From positions 128,001 through 192,000 of IMG/VR virus record IMGVR_UViG_3300033146_004404: a DNA stretch of 64,000 nucleotides. One strand, given 5' to 3'. Shown one piece after another: positions 11,276 through 22,164 of the stretch; the stretch's first letter is position 1; every line of letters starts with the position of its first letter. The position numbers and the translations under genes are program-made. The notes beneath the pieces are model-generated. The model was given only the letters and a program-made list of their open reading frames with translations. It did no database searches and was not told the DNA's origin. Source of the stretch: a virus (taxonomy: Duplodnaviria; Heunggongvirae; Uroviricota; Caudoviricetes).

Positions 11276-12346
11276 TTATGCTTTTACTTTATGAGTAGCA
11301 GTTAAGACAGTTCCATCTTCCATTCTATAAGAGAATGGAACTGAAGCAGTTACTACATATTCATTACCTAGACCGCCAAGCATTACTTCATCTCCTGATA
11401 AAGTAATTTTACTTTTACCATAAATATTCACTTCATCTTTACTTACTGTAACGCTTGCATCTTTAGTCTTTAAATTGACTTCTTTTGGATTACACGTAAC
11501 TGATGTTGTTCTTCCTGTATTGCTATTAGTTGATTGAAGCTTTACTTCGGATTCATCTATTTCAATTAAATTTTCTGTTTTAGCTTTAGAACTATTAGAT
11601 ATTATCTTTATATCTTTTTCTATAATTTCAATTCCAAAGTAATCTGTAGTATCACCTTTTCCTTCAACGTAAGACTTAATATTTATAGCTGTAACGCCTT
11701 TATTAGAAGATGTTTTATCAGTGTTTGTTTTAATTGCTATCTCTTGGTAATCAGAAGGAGTAAAAGCTCCATTGCTTTCATTCCAAGAAGAAACATGAGT
11801 AAGAGTATATTCATCTGCAGACATAACAGTTAAGTTTTCTGTTCTGTGATTGTCCCAGTTCATAGAACTAGCATTTCCAGACTCTGTTGATTTTTGTCTT
11901 ATTACTATACACCCACCATCAGATTTCATTTGAGATCCATTAGCTGAAACTCCATCAGTGCCAACACCTTCGAATTCTAATTGGTCGTTTGGAACAGTAG
12001 CCCCTATGAACTCACCATCGGCATCAAATGTTGGTCTAGCGAATGACCCCATCCAAACAGCTCTATCTGTATTTCCATCTAAGAAACTTACCATTCCAAC
12101 TGAGTTAACTTGCGGTAATGAAAACATTCCATGTCCGCTTCCGCCACCTATAGGCATACCAACAAAGCATTTAATGTCATTAGCTAATTCTTTAGTGAAA
12201 GCATCTTTGTTGTACCCTTGAGATAAATCCCATTCAATTGTTTCATTATAAAAAACAGAGACTCGAACTCTTAAGTATCCTCTTTGAAAAAACTCTGAGT
12301 TATCTGTAACTATTGCTTGGTAGATACCAAACTTTGGATATGCCAT
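11276..12346 (-). CDS. Baseplate central spike (gp5/gpV-like OB fold plus beta-helix)
   Basis: GIYQAIVTDN...GYLRVRV...GHGMFSLPQVNSVGMVSFLDGNTDRAVWMGS is the gp5/VgrG OB-fold pattern; beta-repeat C-terminus. Confidence 0.8.
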   Translation of the reverse strand: MAYPKFGIYQAIVTDNSEFFQRGYLRVRVSVFYNETIEWDLSQGYNKDAFTKELANDIKCFVGMPIGGGSGHGMFSLPQVNSVGMVSFLDGNTDRAVWMGSFARPTFDADGEFIGATVPNDQLEFEGVGTDGVSANGSQMKSDGGCIVIRQKSTESGNASSMNWDNHRTENLTVMSADEYTLTHVSSWNESNGAFTPSDYQEIAIKTNTDKTSSNKGVTAINIKSYVEGKGDTTDYFGIEIIEKDIKIISNSSKAKTENLIEIDESEVKLQSTNSNTGRTTSVTCNPKEVNLKTKDASVTVSKDEVNIYGKSKITLSGDEVMLGGLGNEYVVTASVPFSYRMEDGTVLTATHKVKA

Positions 12347-12355
12347 TATATCTCC

Positions 12356-12658
12356 TTAAACTATTTCTGATACTTTTTTAGGTGTAGGAACTTTAATAAC
12401 TCTTCCAGTATAGTATCCTTCTGGCGAGTCGTTTATATCATTTATATATGTAATTACCCAATGTAGATCACCTGTACCATAAAACAGGTTAGATATTAAG
12501 TCTGGTCTAAAATTAAAAGCTAAAGGAATTGTATAAAGAGATATGCTGTCGTCGTTTAATCTTTCCTTTAATGCTTCTGTATCTAATATTCCTTTTTGGT
12601 TATGCTGAATATCATCATTCCAAATATCTGGAAAAAATTGAAATCTTGAATATGACAC
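12356..12658 (-). CDS. Baseplate wedge gp53/LysM-like protein
   Basis: RPDLISNLFYGTGDLHWVITYINDI...G..IKVP. Confidence 0.8.
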   Translation of the reverse strand: MSYSRFQFFPDIWNDDIQHNQKGILDTEALKERLNDDSISLYTIPLAFNFRPDLISNLFYGTGDLHWVITYINDINDSPEGYYTGRVIKVPTPKKVSEIV

Positions 12659-12669
12659 GTTTTATCTCC

Positions 12670-14184
12670 TTAAAGCGTTGGCACTATTGAATAATAATCT
12701 TCAAAGCTTGGCAACACACCAATATACATAGGATCTATTTCATTAAGAGTTACAGTAACTTCAAATGTCATTAGGTCTACTATTCCATTATTATTCTTAT
12801 TTAATATAACTGGTGAGTTATCCCAGTCTTTCTTTATATCTACTTTAGAAACTACAAAGCTTCTATGATATACTTTAGTAGAACTAGCCATTTTGTATGG
12901 ATATGTTAATAAGTTATTGAAAGGCACTGTTTGTGTTACTTCTTCGCTATGATTAACTTGCGTAGTATCACCAAAAACAATTTTTACTACAGGAGGTCTA
13001 TAGAAAGATCCGGCTTCTTTTGATGTTTGTGGAAATACTAATCCTCTATATGCCATCTCTATGCTCTGTATATTTCTAAGTGTAAATATTTTCATCCAAC
13101 TATCTACACCAGAATTATCTCCAGTCTTAACACTTGTATCATCAGCATCTGGTGTTAATACAGTATAAGTAGTTGTTAAGTTTACTGAAGAACCTTCTGT
13201 TTTTATATATGATTGAATGTCACCAATTCTGCTTAAAATTGACGTTGCTTCATATTTAGCAGCTCTTCCAGATTCAGATATCTTAGGATTGAACTCAAAA
13301 GGTATTGTATACTTAGAAGAAATGCCGCCTTCAGTATTTGGATTTACTGGATAGACATGTAGAGCTCCAAGGTTTGAAATCTGCCCTTTTACGTTAAGGC
13401 TTTTTGTTATCTGGTCATAGCTCATAGTATCTGCTGAGTATGGAACATTAATTAAATTAGACGATTTAAAGAAAGGACTTAGGTTAAAGAAATCTATTTC
13501 ATTATCGCTTTTAATCTTTTTATCTTCTGTTATAGTTACTTCAGTATAGTTATCTTTAGTTGTGTCTTTTGATACATCAGTGAGTTTTTTAGTTTTTATC
13601 TCATTACTGATGTTTCCTATTTCAACAGAATCTTCAGCTATATTTATCTTAGAGCTTTCAACATCTCTTATTAAACTATTACTTACGTTCGACTTGTCTG
13701 CTTTTCCATATGCATCGATTAATTTTGGAATAATAAATAATTCATTTTCTGGCTCAATGGAAGGAGACAACTCTTGCTTACCTTTGTTGTCTTGAGTTAC
13801 CTTAAAGTCTGTTTTTGATTTAGATTCATATGTAGCGGATGATGGCAACCCAGGAATTTGTTTTTCTTCTGTCGTCCAAGTACTTATAGTTAAATCAGAA
13901 TCAATCGGTTCTATAGGGTATTCCCTCGCTGCTCCAAAAGCTCCTAAGTTATTAATATTCGTTACTTCAAAGAGACCCTGAAGTGCATCAGTAGGATCCT
14001 CTTGAGGTTTAGCGTCTTTTCCGGCTATTTCTCCTAACAGTCCAAATTCAATTTTTTCCTCAACTAATTCCTCTATTTCAATAGCAGTATCTTCTTTTAC
14101 TGTTTCTCCATGAGTAGGAGGATTTAATTCTATGTTCTCTGGATCTACTAGAGATAGATTATAGTTTATGTAATTCTTCTTCAC
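12670..14184 (-). CDS. Putative tail tube initiator / baseplate-tube junction protein
   Basis: IPFEFNPKISES...A.YE..SILSR...PPVVKIVFG pattern of tube-initiator proteins; located between tape measure and LysM genes. Confidence 0.55.
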   Translation of the reverse strand: MKKNYINYNLSLVDPENIELNPPTHGETVKEDTAIEIEELVEEKIEFGLLGEIAGKDAKPQEDPTDALQGLFEVTNINNLGAFGAAREYPIEPIDSDLTISTWTTEEKQIPGLPSSATYESKSKTDFKVTQDNKGKQELSPSIEPENELFIIPKLIDAYGKADKSNVSNSLIRDVESSKINIAEDSVEIGNISNEIKTKKLTDVSKDTTKDNYTEVTITEDKKIKSDNEIDFFNLSPFFKSSNLINVPYSADTMSYDQITKSLNVKGQISNLGALHVYPVNPNTEGGISSKYTIPFEFNPKISESGRAAKYEATSILSRIGDIQSYIKTEGSSVNLTTTYTVLTPDADDTSVKTGDNSGVDSWMKIFTLRNIQSIEMAYRGLVFPQTSKEAGSFYRPPVVKIVFGDTTQVNHSEEVTQTVPFNNLLTYPYKMASSTKVYHRSFVVSKVDIKKDWDNSPVILNKNNNGIVDLMTFEVTVTLNEIDPMYIGVLPSFEDYYSIVPTL

Positions 14185-14226
14185 TCAATTCTCCTAATCA
14201 TTTTTACTACTATTTTTATGCTCATC

Positions 14227-17200
14227 TTAGGTTCCGCTTCCATAAGCATCATAACTACTACGCTTAATTTTTTTGACAAAGTGACTTGCTTCTGCTATCT
14301 CTGTCTGTTTCTTAACTTCTTCTGCCTGCTGAATAATGACAACTTGTTTTATTTCTTCTTTTTCAATTAATGTATCTAGCTTTTTGTTTGTCTTTTCTGC
14401 TTCTTTAAGCGCTTTCTTTTGAGCTGGACTAGTAACAACTTTTCTGGCATCTTCTGTTTTAACAAATTCTGTAGCAGTTGCTTGCATAATAAATGGCATT
14501 AACTTGGTTGTTGTAGTTTCTGTATCAGGATCCGTATTTTCTGCTGTTTGCTCTGATAAGTCTAATTGATTTGAAGTATATTCATCCATTCCATTTAAAT
14601 CTACTTTAGGAATCTCTCCAAACTCTGAGTCTTTAAATGATTTTCCTATTGTTTCAGAGGCTTCAATCATTGCATCTCCAGAAGACTTAAATGATCCTGC
14701 CATTGCCTTCATTCCATTTATCATCGCCTGTTCTTTTGGAGTTGCTTTCTTCCCCATATCAGCAATAAACTGTCCTAGTTTAGCTATATTTTCAATCAAG
14801 AAACTTATTACTTTAAGTAAGTAACCTAATACTTTTAAGATTGGAGGAAGCGCTGCTTTCACAAGTTCTATAAAGATAGGAAGTATTGCCTTCATTACTT
14901 CTACGAGGACTCCCATGATAGGACCAAGTAAACTTCCTACTATTTCAACAAGTGGAAGTAAAGCATTAATTAATTGATCGAATACTGGCATTAACTGCTT
15001 TTCTATTATTGGCATCAAACGTCCTACTACTTTATCAAAAACTCCTTTAAGTTTATCCATTATTTTTCTGAATCCATCCATCTTCATCATTGCGCCGATT
15101 AACATGCCACCAATTAAAGCAATTGGCCCACCAATTTTTGATAGTCCTGCGCTAGCTAATTTTGTTGCTCCGCCTATTCCTTTGGCGAAAGTTTTTGCTC
15201 CCTTTGCGAAAGTTTTTGCAAGCCCTTTCGTCAAACTTCCTTCACCGACTGCTCTCAATGCTTTTAGCCAATTTTTAGGATTAATTCTCTCTTTAACAAC
15301 TTCTGCCCCAGCGATAAAAGAATCTCCTAGTTGCCCGATTCTTTCTTTAAGTCCAAGAACTAAGTTATCTTTTACCTGAATGGCTGCAGCTGCTAGTTTT
15401 GCACCCATAGGTTCAATAAGAACATCTAGGTCAGTTCCTGCTAAAGCTCCTAGCTGAGCTTTCTGGTTTGCATTAATTTCTTCAGTTAAGGCTTGCCATC
15501 CATCAGTTCCTTCTTCAAAACCTTGTCTCTGTGCTAATAAAATCTCTTCTGATGCAGCAAGACGATCATATTCTCTTTGAGTTATTGCAGAAGTCGTACT
15601 TAAAATATCGTTAAGTTTTCCTTTAGATTCTTCTTGTGATTCAAGAACTTTAAGTTCTTGTTTCTTTTGATTTTCAAGATGCTCAGTTTGTGCTTTATGT
15701 AATTCAGTGTTTTCTGATCTAATTCCTCTAAGTTTCTTTCTTTCTTCATCTAACTCCATTAGCTTTTCACTGCTGATACCAGCTTCAGTTTTTGCTGCTT
15801 TTATCTCTTCTAGTCGTGCTTCAATTATTCTATTAGAACTATCAAGTTCTGATAGTGTCAATTCAGCCAGTTCTTTCTGTCCCTTTATTCTAATTAAGTC
15901 TGAGTTAGCTCCAGCTAACTCAGACTTGAGCTCAATAGCTTGCATTTTTCTTTGTTCTTTTGATAGATTCTTTAAGTAAGATTTTTCTCTTGCATGCGAT
16001 CTTGTCTTAACATCCTCAAGTTTATCAAAAGCTTTTTGCTGAACTTTTCCTTGATGAGCAAGCTCTTTACTTATTAATTTTTGTTCTCTCCCTTGAGCCC
16101 AAGTGAGTTTACCTGTTCTACTTATTAAGTCAAGTTGATCAGCTCTTGTTCTTAAATCCTGTATTCTATTCTCAACTGCTTTCTTGTCATTGTCTAAAAA
16201 GTTAATTTTCATCTTAGCATCTTGTCTAGTTAGCTTAATTGCTTCCAACGTATTTTCATTTGCTCTCTCAATCCATTTACTGATCATACTAACTGGCTTT
16301 GCTCCAGCTGAAATCTTATCTAGCCATTCCGCATTTGCCTCTGTTAATTTTTTTGCTGAAGCGTTTATATTTGTATTTGATAGAATTTTAAAATAGTTTG
16401 CTGAAGCTTTTGTTGCAGCATAGTTGCTGCTTTCTATAATTCTGTCTTGTAAATTTGTAGTATAGTTTTTGACGGCTGCTGCCATTATTCTAACGAACTT
16501 CTTAGAAGATTTTTGAGCACCCATCTCCATAGACTCATCCATTCCAGTATCAAGAGATTCTCTTAGTTGTTCTCCTATTTCTGTATTTACAGAGAAGAAC
16601 TTCTTTCTAAATATTTTAAACGCAACGACTGCAGCAACAATACCACCAACTATAGCAACTGCAATTCCTTTACCGCCTTTTCCTGAGAACATTCCCATGA
16701 AGTTTTTAGCGTATCCAAGTAGTTTATCAAAGTTTTTAGCTATGAATGTTGCCGCCATGTTAATTAAAGGCATTGCTTTTGAACCAATTTGAACAGCAAG
16801 TGCTTTAAATTTTTCCATACTTGTCGAGAGTGCTTTTTGAGCTGTAGCTTGTTTTTCCTGTTCTTCTGACATCTTACCTGCACTTCCTGTCATTCCAGCG
16901 AACGTCTTTTCTAACTCTCCTGTATCCATCTCTCCCATTGCTCTTAAGTCTGTTAAACTCATTCCCATTGACTTAGCCATTTGAGAAGCAGCAATTGGAT
17001 TCATATTCTTAAGCTCTGCTCCAAGATCTTTAAATCCTCCAACTAAAGCTGCAGGGTCTATATTTCCAGACATAGCATCTTCCATTGTGACACCAAGTTT
17101 ACTAAACAATAACATATTATCTTGTATAGCACCAGGATCCATTAATTTTTCTATGAAGCCTGCAGCTACTTCTGCTTTTATACCAACGCTTGCGAATGCT

Positions 17201-17979
17201 CCAGCTAGTTTTGTAACTCCTGTTGAGAATTTCGCAACATCTGCTGATGATTTTCCAAGCTGTCTTAAGTTTGTAGTTGACCCAACTATTGTTTCACTAA
17301 GTCTATTGACTTCACCTGAAGTTAAACCAAAAGCTCTTTGCGCTCCAACCATTCCTTTTAATACATTTTTTATTTGTTTAGTTCCAAGGCCGCCCATTTT
17401 ATATAAGCTACCTGTAAGATTTTGAACTGCGTCATCACTTGCTCCAGTAATTTCTCCAAAATGAGCTCCAGCTATAGCTAAGTTTCCGACATCTTTTGTT
17501 GCAACACGCATTCCCCTTAATACTTTAATCCATTCTTTTGATCTATCCAAAGAGATTCCAGTAGCCATTGTAGTGTCAGTTACAGCCTCTGTTAATGCTC
17601 CTACTGACTTTCCACCTTCTCCCATCCTATATGACAGGTCTGTCATCTCCTGATTTAGACTAAATACCGAATGGACTATATCTCCAAAACTAAAAATAGC
17701 AAAACCTCCAAGAATTGTTCCGACAATTCTTTTAGCCATACCTGCTACTTTCTTTAATCCGTCAAGAAGCTTATCTGTATGAGCGCTTGTTTTTTCTGAG
17801 TTTTCTGCTATGTCATCATAATCTTCATTTAGCATATTTGAAGATTTGGTTGTTTTTTCCATTGTTTTATTTATTTTTCCAGAGACATCATTGATATTAT
17901 TCATGCTGCCTTCTGCTTTCTTCATGGACTCGTCTAAGCCATTAGATATGTTTAAAAATAAATCTGCTGAATTTGCCAT
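14227..17979 (-). CDS. Tail tape measure protein
   Basis: 1250-aa A/G/K/M-rich helical protein with coiled coils, hydrophobic segments and amphipathic repeats (LLPLVEIVGSLLGPIMGVLVEVM); tail-module context. Confidence 0.85.
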   Translation of the reverse strand: MANSADLFLNISNGLDESMKKAEGSMNNINDVSGKINKTMEKTTKSSNMLNEDYDDIAENSEKTSAHTDKLLDGLKKVAGMAKRIVGTILGGFAIFSFGDIVHSVFSLNQEMTDLSYRMGEGGKSVGALTEAVTDTTMATGISLDRSKEWIKVLRGMRVATKDVGNLAIAGAHFGEITGASDDAVQNLTGSLYKMGGLGTKQIKNVLKGMVGAQRAFGLTSGEVNRLSETIVGSTTNLRQLGKSSADVAKFSTGVTKLAGAFASVGIKAEVAAGFIEKLMDPGAIQDNMLLFSKLGVTMEDAMSGNIDPAALVGGFKDLGAELKNMNPIAASQMAKSMGMSLTDLRAMGEMDTGELEKTFAGMTGSAGKMSEEQEKQATAQKALSTSMEKFKALAVQIGSKAMPLINMAATFIAKNFDKLLGYAKNFMGMFSGKGGKGIAVAIVGGIVAAVVAFKIFRKKFFSVNTEIGEQLRESLDTGMDESMEMGAQKSSKKFVRIMAAAVKNYTTNLQDRIIESSNYAATKASANYFKILSNTNINASAKKLTEANAEWLDKISAGAKPVSMISKWIERANENTLEAIKLTRQDAKMKINFLDNDKKAVENRIQDLRTRADQLDLISRTGKLTWAQGREQKLISKELAHQGKVQQKAFDKLEDVKTRSHAREKSYLKNLSKEQRKMQAIELKSELAGANSDLIRIKGQKELAELTLSELDSSNRIIEARLEEIKAAKTEAGISSEKLMELDEERKKLRGIRSENTELHKAQTEHLENQKKQELKVLESQEESKGKLNDILSTTSAITQREYDRLAASEEILLAQRQGFEEGTDGWQALTEEINANQKAQLGALAGTDLDVLIEPMGAKLAAAAIQVKDNLVLGLKERIGQLGDSFIAGAEVVKERINPKNWLKALRAVGEGSLTKGLAKTFAKGAKTFAKGIGGATKLASAGLSKIGGPIALIGGMLIGAMMKMDGFRKIMDKLKGVFDKVVGRLMPIIEKQLMPVFDQLINALLPLVEIVGSLLGPIMGVLVEVMKAILPIFIELVKAALPPILKVLGYLLKVISFLIENIAKLGQFIADMGKKATPKEQAMINGMKAMAGSFKSSGDAMIEASETIGKSFKDSEFGEIPKVDLNGMDEYTSNQLDLSEQTAENTDPDTETTTTKLMPFIMQATATEFVKTEDARKVVTSPAQKKALKEAEKTNKKLDTLIEKEEIKQVVIIQQAEEVKKQTEIAEASHFVKKIKRSSYDAYGSGT

Positions 17980-18030
17980 TGTTTCTCCAAATACCTGTTT
18001 ATGTTATCTTTTCAATTATTCTTCATAACG

Positions 18031-19983
18031 TCAAGTTTCGATTCCTGTTGTTGGATATCTTTGAACCTCAAGAATTGTTTTAAATCCTGAAGCGTTGATG
18101 TTGTGAGTAATCTTCTTTATTAGATAATATCCAGTTAGGTAACTCTGGCTCAATATCTTTTTATTTGAACTTTTACTATATTCATTATAGCTTCTGTATA
18201 CGTTTATCTTTATGTAATATTGAAATGGCTGTAGTGAAGAATCAAACATAAAGAACGGATCTCCAAGTATCTCAATAGTTCCAGTAAATATACCATCATT
18301 CATATTTTGAACTACTTTCGTAGCAATTACATTAGCTCCCCCTTCTCCATTATCTTCAACAATCTTATTTACTAATGAGAAACTTCCATTATTAATTTTA
18401 TCAGTCAATGCAGATGTTATATCAGCAGGTGCTGATCCTTGATTGTTATCCGTTTCCTTATTAGGTGCTGAAATCAAAGCGTCAAGATTTTCACCTTTAA
18501 CTACAATACTCTGATTAAGTTGGACAAAATCCAAACTATTTTTTACGTTAAAATTTTTTATTAATGAAGTAGGTGACTGCATATAATCATAACTTCTAAC
18601 AAAACCTTGCTTTGTATTATCAAGTCTTCTATAGAAGAATCTGATAATAACTATAGTGTCAGTTATTGCTCCGTCTCCAAGATCTGTCGTTTGTTCATTT
18701 ATAGAATATGTATATTTAATTGGCTCAAACGCTGTAGAGTCATATTTCTTAGTAGTGTTATCCATTATCTTCTTTACAACTTCAGCATCTGTTATGTACT
18801 TATTAGTATTTTTATTTCTTAAAATACAAGGAACTTTACTAACAAAATCGTTAAGAAGATTTTTCAATGACATAAATTCATTTATAATTTTTCCTGTCAT
18901 TTCCCCGTTTGCGCTTGTTTCATATCTTGGTTCACCACCAAGAGACAAACTTATATTAAGCCATTTTGCACTTTCTTCTAAGTCTTTTCTTTGTGCTCTT
19001 GTTAAAGATCTTGGATAGGTTTTAGAAGCTCCTTCTTTCGACGATACTGCCCATTGTATTGGAAGATCACTCGGAACTCCATAATCAACATTTGAACCCA
19101 AAGCACTAGTCACGTCATTAGGCAATATTGGTTTTGATGGTGCCGATGATGTACTTCCTGCTAATACTCCTTGCACTACTTGAACTCTTCCTCCAGTAGC
19201 TGAGTATATTTGCCGAGCTATACCATTAAATAGTTTCTTCGGAGTTCCTTTCATTAAAGCAAAGCGTTTAATTATTTTAGTCTTATCTAAGAATGAATTT
19301 GAAATAGAAACTCCTTTTACATCAGCAGACATTCCTTTTTGGGTTAGATTAAACTCTAGCCCCATCATCATGAAGTAAGTCCATGGGCTTTTAATATAAA
19401 GAGATCCTTTTTTTGAATTTGTAGTTCTAGCTTTCCATTCAGGAGATGATTTCAAAGCTGGTCTATAAACGTCTGTGCCGCCTCCAGGATCAGAGTATCC
19501 AAATCTAATTCTAAAATTTATATTAGATGAAGGATTTGGCATAAATTCTAGCACTGCTTTAGGAGTTGCCTTTGCTAATGAATTCATAGCAATTTCATTC
19601 CCTCCTTTAACTGCAACCATAGACTTTATTATGATGTTCTCAAGTCTCTCAAGATCTTTATCAAACAATTGAAGCTGGCAGTTTATAACTCCACCAGAAT
19701 CTTCTAATGTAACGTTCTCAAAGTAATTATCAAATCTTAATGAACTTTCATCTCCTTGTTTGAGAGGAACTGAATAAGTGTCACTAGCCGCTCGTGAAGT
19801 TACTGTAGTCCACTCATTTTTAGAAGATGGAGTTATTTTATTTAAATTTGATTCTTCTGTTATATTTGTTCTAAATTGAATTTCAACCCAAGGGATTGAA
19901 GGTAGTATTCCAGTCGCACTTTGGTTTGTGTTGTTTGCATCTAGCTTAAATGAATCTTCTGCTCTTACTATTTCTTTTGCCAT
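18031..19983 (-). CDS. Baseplate hub protein (gp27/gpD-like)
   Basis: IRFGYS motif and C-terminal TIEILGDP...LTGYYLIKKITHNINASGFKTILEV. Confidence 0.75.
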   Translation of the reverse strand: MAKEIVRAEDSFKLDANNTNQSATGILPSIPWVEIQFRTNITEESNLNKITPSSKNEWTTVTSRAASDTYSVPLKQGDESSLRFDNYFENVTLEDSGGVINCQLQLFDKDLERLENIIIKSMVAVKGGNEIAMNSLAKATPKAVLEFMPNPSSNINFRIRFGYSDPGGGTDVYRPALKSSPEWKARTTNSKKGSLYIKSPWTYFMMMGLEFNLTQKGMSADVKGVSISNSFLDKTKIIKRFALMKGTPKKLFNGIARQIYSATGGRVQVVQGVLAGSTSSAPSKPILPNDVTSALGSNVDYGVPSDLPIQWAVSSKEGASKTYPRSLTRAQRKDLEESAKWLNISLSLGGEPRYETSANGEMTGKIINEFMSLKNLLNDFVSKVPCILRNKNTNKYITDAEVVKKIMDNTTKKYDSTAFEPIKYTYSINEQTTDLGDGAITDTIVIIRFFYRRLDNTKQGFVRSYDYMQSPTSLIKNFNVKNSLDFVQLNQSIVVKGENLDALISAPNKETDNNQGSAPADITSALTDKINNGSFSLVNKIVEDNGEGGANVIATKVVQNMNDGIFTGTIEILGDPFFMFDSSLQPFQYYIKINVYRSYNEYSKSSNKKILSQSYLTGYYLIKKITHNINASGFKTILEVQRYPTTGIET

Positions 19984-20055
19984 TAATTTTCCTCTGGTAT
20001 TATCTTTTCAATAAAAAAGTAAAGTTATACTTATAATGAATATAAGGTTTGTAAT

Positions 20056-20223
20056 ATGAAATTTAGTGAAGTAAAGAAGATGATAGGCAAGAAGGTTTCA
20101 AGTAAAAGACTTAAAGAGATCATAAATAAAATAACTCCTTCTGAGTTTCAAAAAGAGATTAGAGGGAAAGGATCTATATTAGATATAATAAAAAGGAAAA
20201 TAAAAAATGAAAAGGACTCATAA
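20056..20223 (+). CDS. Small basic hypothetical protein (55 aa)
   Basis: Manually read ORF MKFSEVKKMIGKK... with TAAGG upstream; overlaps the start of the next ORF. Confidence 0.45.
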   Translation: MKFSEVKKMIGKKVSSKRLKEIINKITPSEFQKEIRGKGSILDIIKRKIKNEKDS

Positions 20224-20404
20224 AGAAAGCATAACATTAAACGTATTAGTAATTGCATCTCTGTTAGCTGTAATAATCACACCTTTTGTAAACTTTGGAA
20301 TTCCAATGCTTATTCTTGAAGTGTTAGCTCACATAGTAGTTTCAGGAGTGTGTTTAACAGCAATTGTAGTTGGTTTTGTGTTAAATCTTATGAACGTTCA
20401 GTAA
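20207..20404 (+). CDS. Small two-TM membrane protein
   Basis: 65 aa, two hydrophobic stretches, AAGGA upstream. Confidence 0.55.
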   Translation: MKRTHKESITLNVLVIASLLAVIITPFVNFGIPMLILEVLAHIVVSGVCLTAIVVGFVLNLMNVQ

Positions 20405-21028
20405 CTAAGGTCTATTGATGTTAGTTACATTAGTAGTAGACACAGGATTATTAACTGATAATGTAGTTATCGGTCTTGCGTTTATTGCTGTGTTTATTCT
20501 ATCCGTTAATTCGGTTGGTGAATAAGCAACCTTCACTTTAGTAAAGTTAATTTCAGCTGGCTGTAAAGTCTTATTTAATTGTGTTATCCACGGATCATTA
20601 AAAGGATAAACCATTCTATCAAAATGAGTCCATCCAGCACTTACCATCCTTGGCTGTATTATCATGTTTGAATGATATCTTCTATAAGCAGTCCTTGCTA
20701 TATTAGGTCTATTCATTTTTAAAAATCTATAAAACAAATGCGGTTGCATCTGCTGACTACCTTTCTTTATTAAATAGATAGTTTTCGCTAGCCACATCTT
20801 ATCACTCATGTTTAAATAATGGAGATTGATTCCGTCAGTGTAGTGACCTGAAACATGAACGAAAGTTCTTGGGCCTGAGTATAAAACTAAAATTAACGGA
20901 TTCGGATCTCTCTTCCAGTTCGAATATCTCATTGAGTAGATACAGCCAAAAATTAATTGTTTTCCGTTTGTTCTCTGTAGAGCATATCTCCTACTTCTTA
21001 ATTTCGAGAGTAACCAAGAAACTATCAT
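20405..21028 (-). CDS. DNA end protector protein (T4 gp2-like)
   Basis: G.IYSMRY...DPNPLILVL...GINLHYL resembles the gp2-family D.FPL...GLNLHYL motif. Confidence 0.6.
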   Translation of the reverse strand: MIVSWLLSKLRSRRYALQRTNGKQLIFGCIYSMRYSNWKRDPNPLILVLYSGPRTFVHVSGHYTDGINLHYLNMSDKMWLAKTIYLIKKGSQQMQPHLFYRFLKMNRPNIARTAYRRYHSNMIIQPRMVSAGWTHFDRMVYPFNDPWITQLNKTLQPAEINFTKVKVAYSPTELTDRINTAINARPITTLSVNNPVSTTNVTNINRP

Positions 21029-21030
21029 AA

Positions 21031-21213
21031 TTAGCTACCACCAGTTTGGATTTGTTCTTTTAGTTCTACGTAGTATTTACCTGAAGATGTCATTGAGACT
21101 ATAACACCGTTGAACTGAAGTTTTGTTTTAGTATTTACAACTTCACAGTTACCAGACTCCTCTTTTGAAAGAAACTGCCAGTTACTTTTATCCATTTCAA
21201 TTAATACTTTCAT
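21031..21213 (-). CDS. Hypothetical protein
   Basis: 60-aa ORF coupled to both neighbours. Confidence 0.5.
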   Translation of the reverse strand: MKVLIEMDKSNWQFLSKEESGNCEVVNTKTKLQFNGVIVSMTSSGKYYVELKEQIQTGGS

Positions 21214-21464
21214 TATCTTTTAGCCATACTTCTTTTTCTTTTAGCGTTGATAGAAGCCATCTTACTCTTCATCTTTCTTGCTGCACGTTTTCCAGCTCTC
21301 TTTCTTTTGCGAATTTCAGATGGAGACATTTTAACTTCTCTTCTACCTTCTTCGTTGTTTAGGATTTTATATCCTTCTCTGTCAGTAGTATATCTAATTT
21401 TCCACTGACCTTTTCTAACAACTCTTTCTCTTTGCATCATTTCAGTTATTTCTTTTAATTTCAC
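21213..21464 (-). CDS. Small very basic protein, possible internal head protein
   Basis: R/K-rich; N-terminus MKLKEITE; AAGGAG SD. Confidence 0.6.
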   Translation of the reverse strand: MKLKEITEMMQRERVVRKGQWKIRYTTDREGYKILNNEEGRREVKMSPSEIRKRKRAGKRAARKMKSKMASINAKRKRSMAKR

Positions 21465-21540
21465 GTTTAAACTCCTTTAGTTCTTTTCCAGTCAATTAAA
21501 TTATATTCTAAGTTTTTCAAATTACTTTCCTCTCTACTGT

Positions 21541-21585
21541 ATTATCTTTACGTAAATACTTTTGAAATACTGCTGTAAAGATAAT
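21541..21585. promoter_or_regulatory. Divergent pair of putative late promoters
   Basis: GTAAAGATAAT on minus (21541-21551) and on plus (21575-21585), each pointing at its downstream gene. Confidence 0.7.
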
Positions 21586-21619
21586 AATAACAGTAGTTAG
21601 CAAATAGGAGATTAGTAAA

Positions 21620-22117
21620 ATGATACTAGAACAACTTTTAGAAGAAATAAAATATGGAAAAGAATTCGTTGACTCTAAAAATACAATAAAAGATATAGGC
21701 AGCTTTATTGACGAGGACTATGACATACTTCTTGTTGGTAAAAGATCTTCTGCTTTACTTGAAGGCTGTGACAACACAAAATCTTTTATTAAAAAATTAA
21801 ATAGAGCATCAAGAAACTACCAAGAGTTCGAGAACAAGATTCTTGAAGGAACTAAAGTTTCTTCCATTTATGCAAAAATGAAAATGGATTCAATTGTAGA
21901 GGATATCAATGCTTCAATAACTGAACTTGATAAATCACCAAAAATCTTAAGAGAGTCAAATAAAGATGCAGTTGTAAAAACTATTGCATGTCTTGAACAC
22001 GGGATTTCACTTATTGCCGAACATACATCTTTAGGTGCAAGACAGATAACTGAAGGTAAACAAGTTTTACAGTCTTTCATAAATAAAGAGAAGCGCCTCA
22101 TAGAAGAGGTACTATAA
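21620..22117 (+). CDS. Hypothetical late protein (leader-family related)
   Basis: AGGAG SD, late motif at 21575, N-terminus MILEQLLEEIK. Confidence 0.65.
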   Translation: MILEQLLEEIKYGKEFVDSKNTIKDIGSFIDEDYDILLVGKRSSALLEGCDNTKSFIKKLNRASRNYQEFENKILEGTKVSSIYAKMKMDSIVEDINASITELDKSPKILRESNKDAVVKTIACLEHGISLIAEHTSLGARQITEGKQVLQSFINKEKRLIEEVL

Positions 22118-22149
22118 AAAAAAGACATCCAATTGGATGTCTTTTTTTT
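22116..22149. terminator. Bidirectional intrinsic terminator
   Basis: A-tract + GACATCCAATTGGATGTC + T-tract between convergent genes. Confidence 0.85.
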
Positions 22150-22164
22150 ATTTTCTTCTACTTT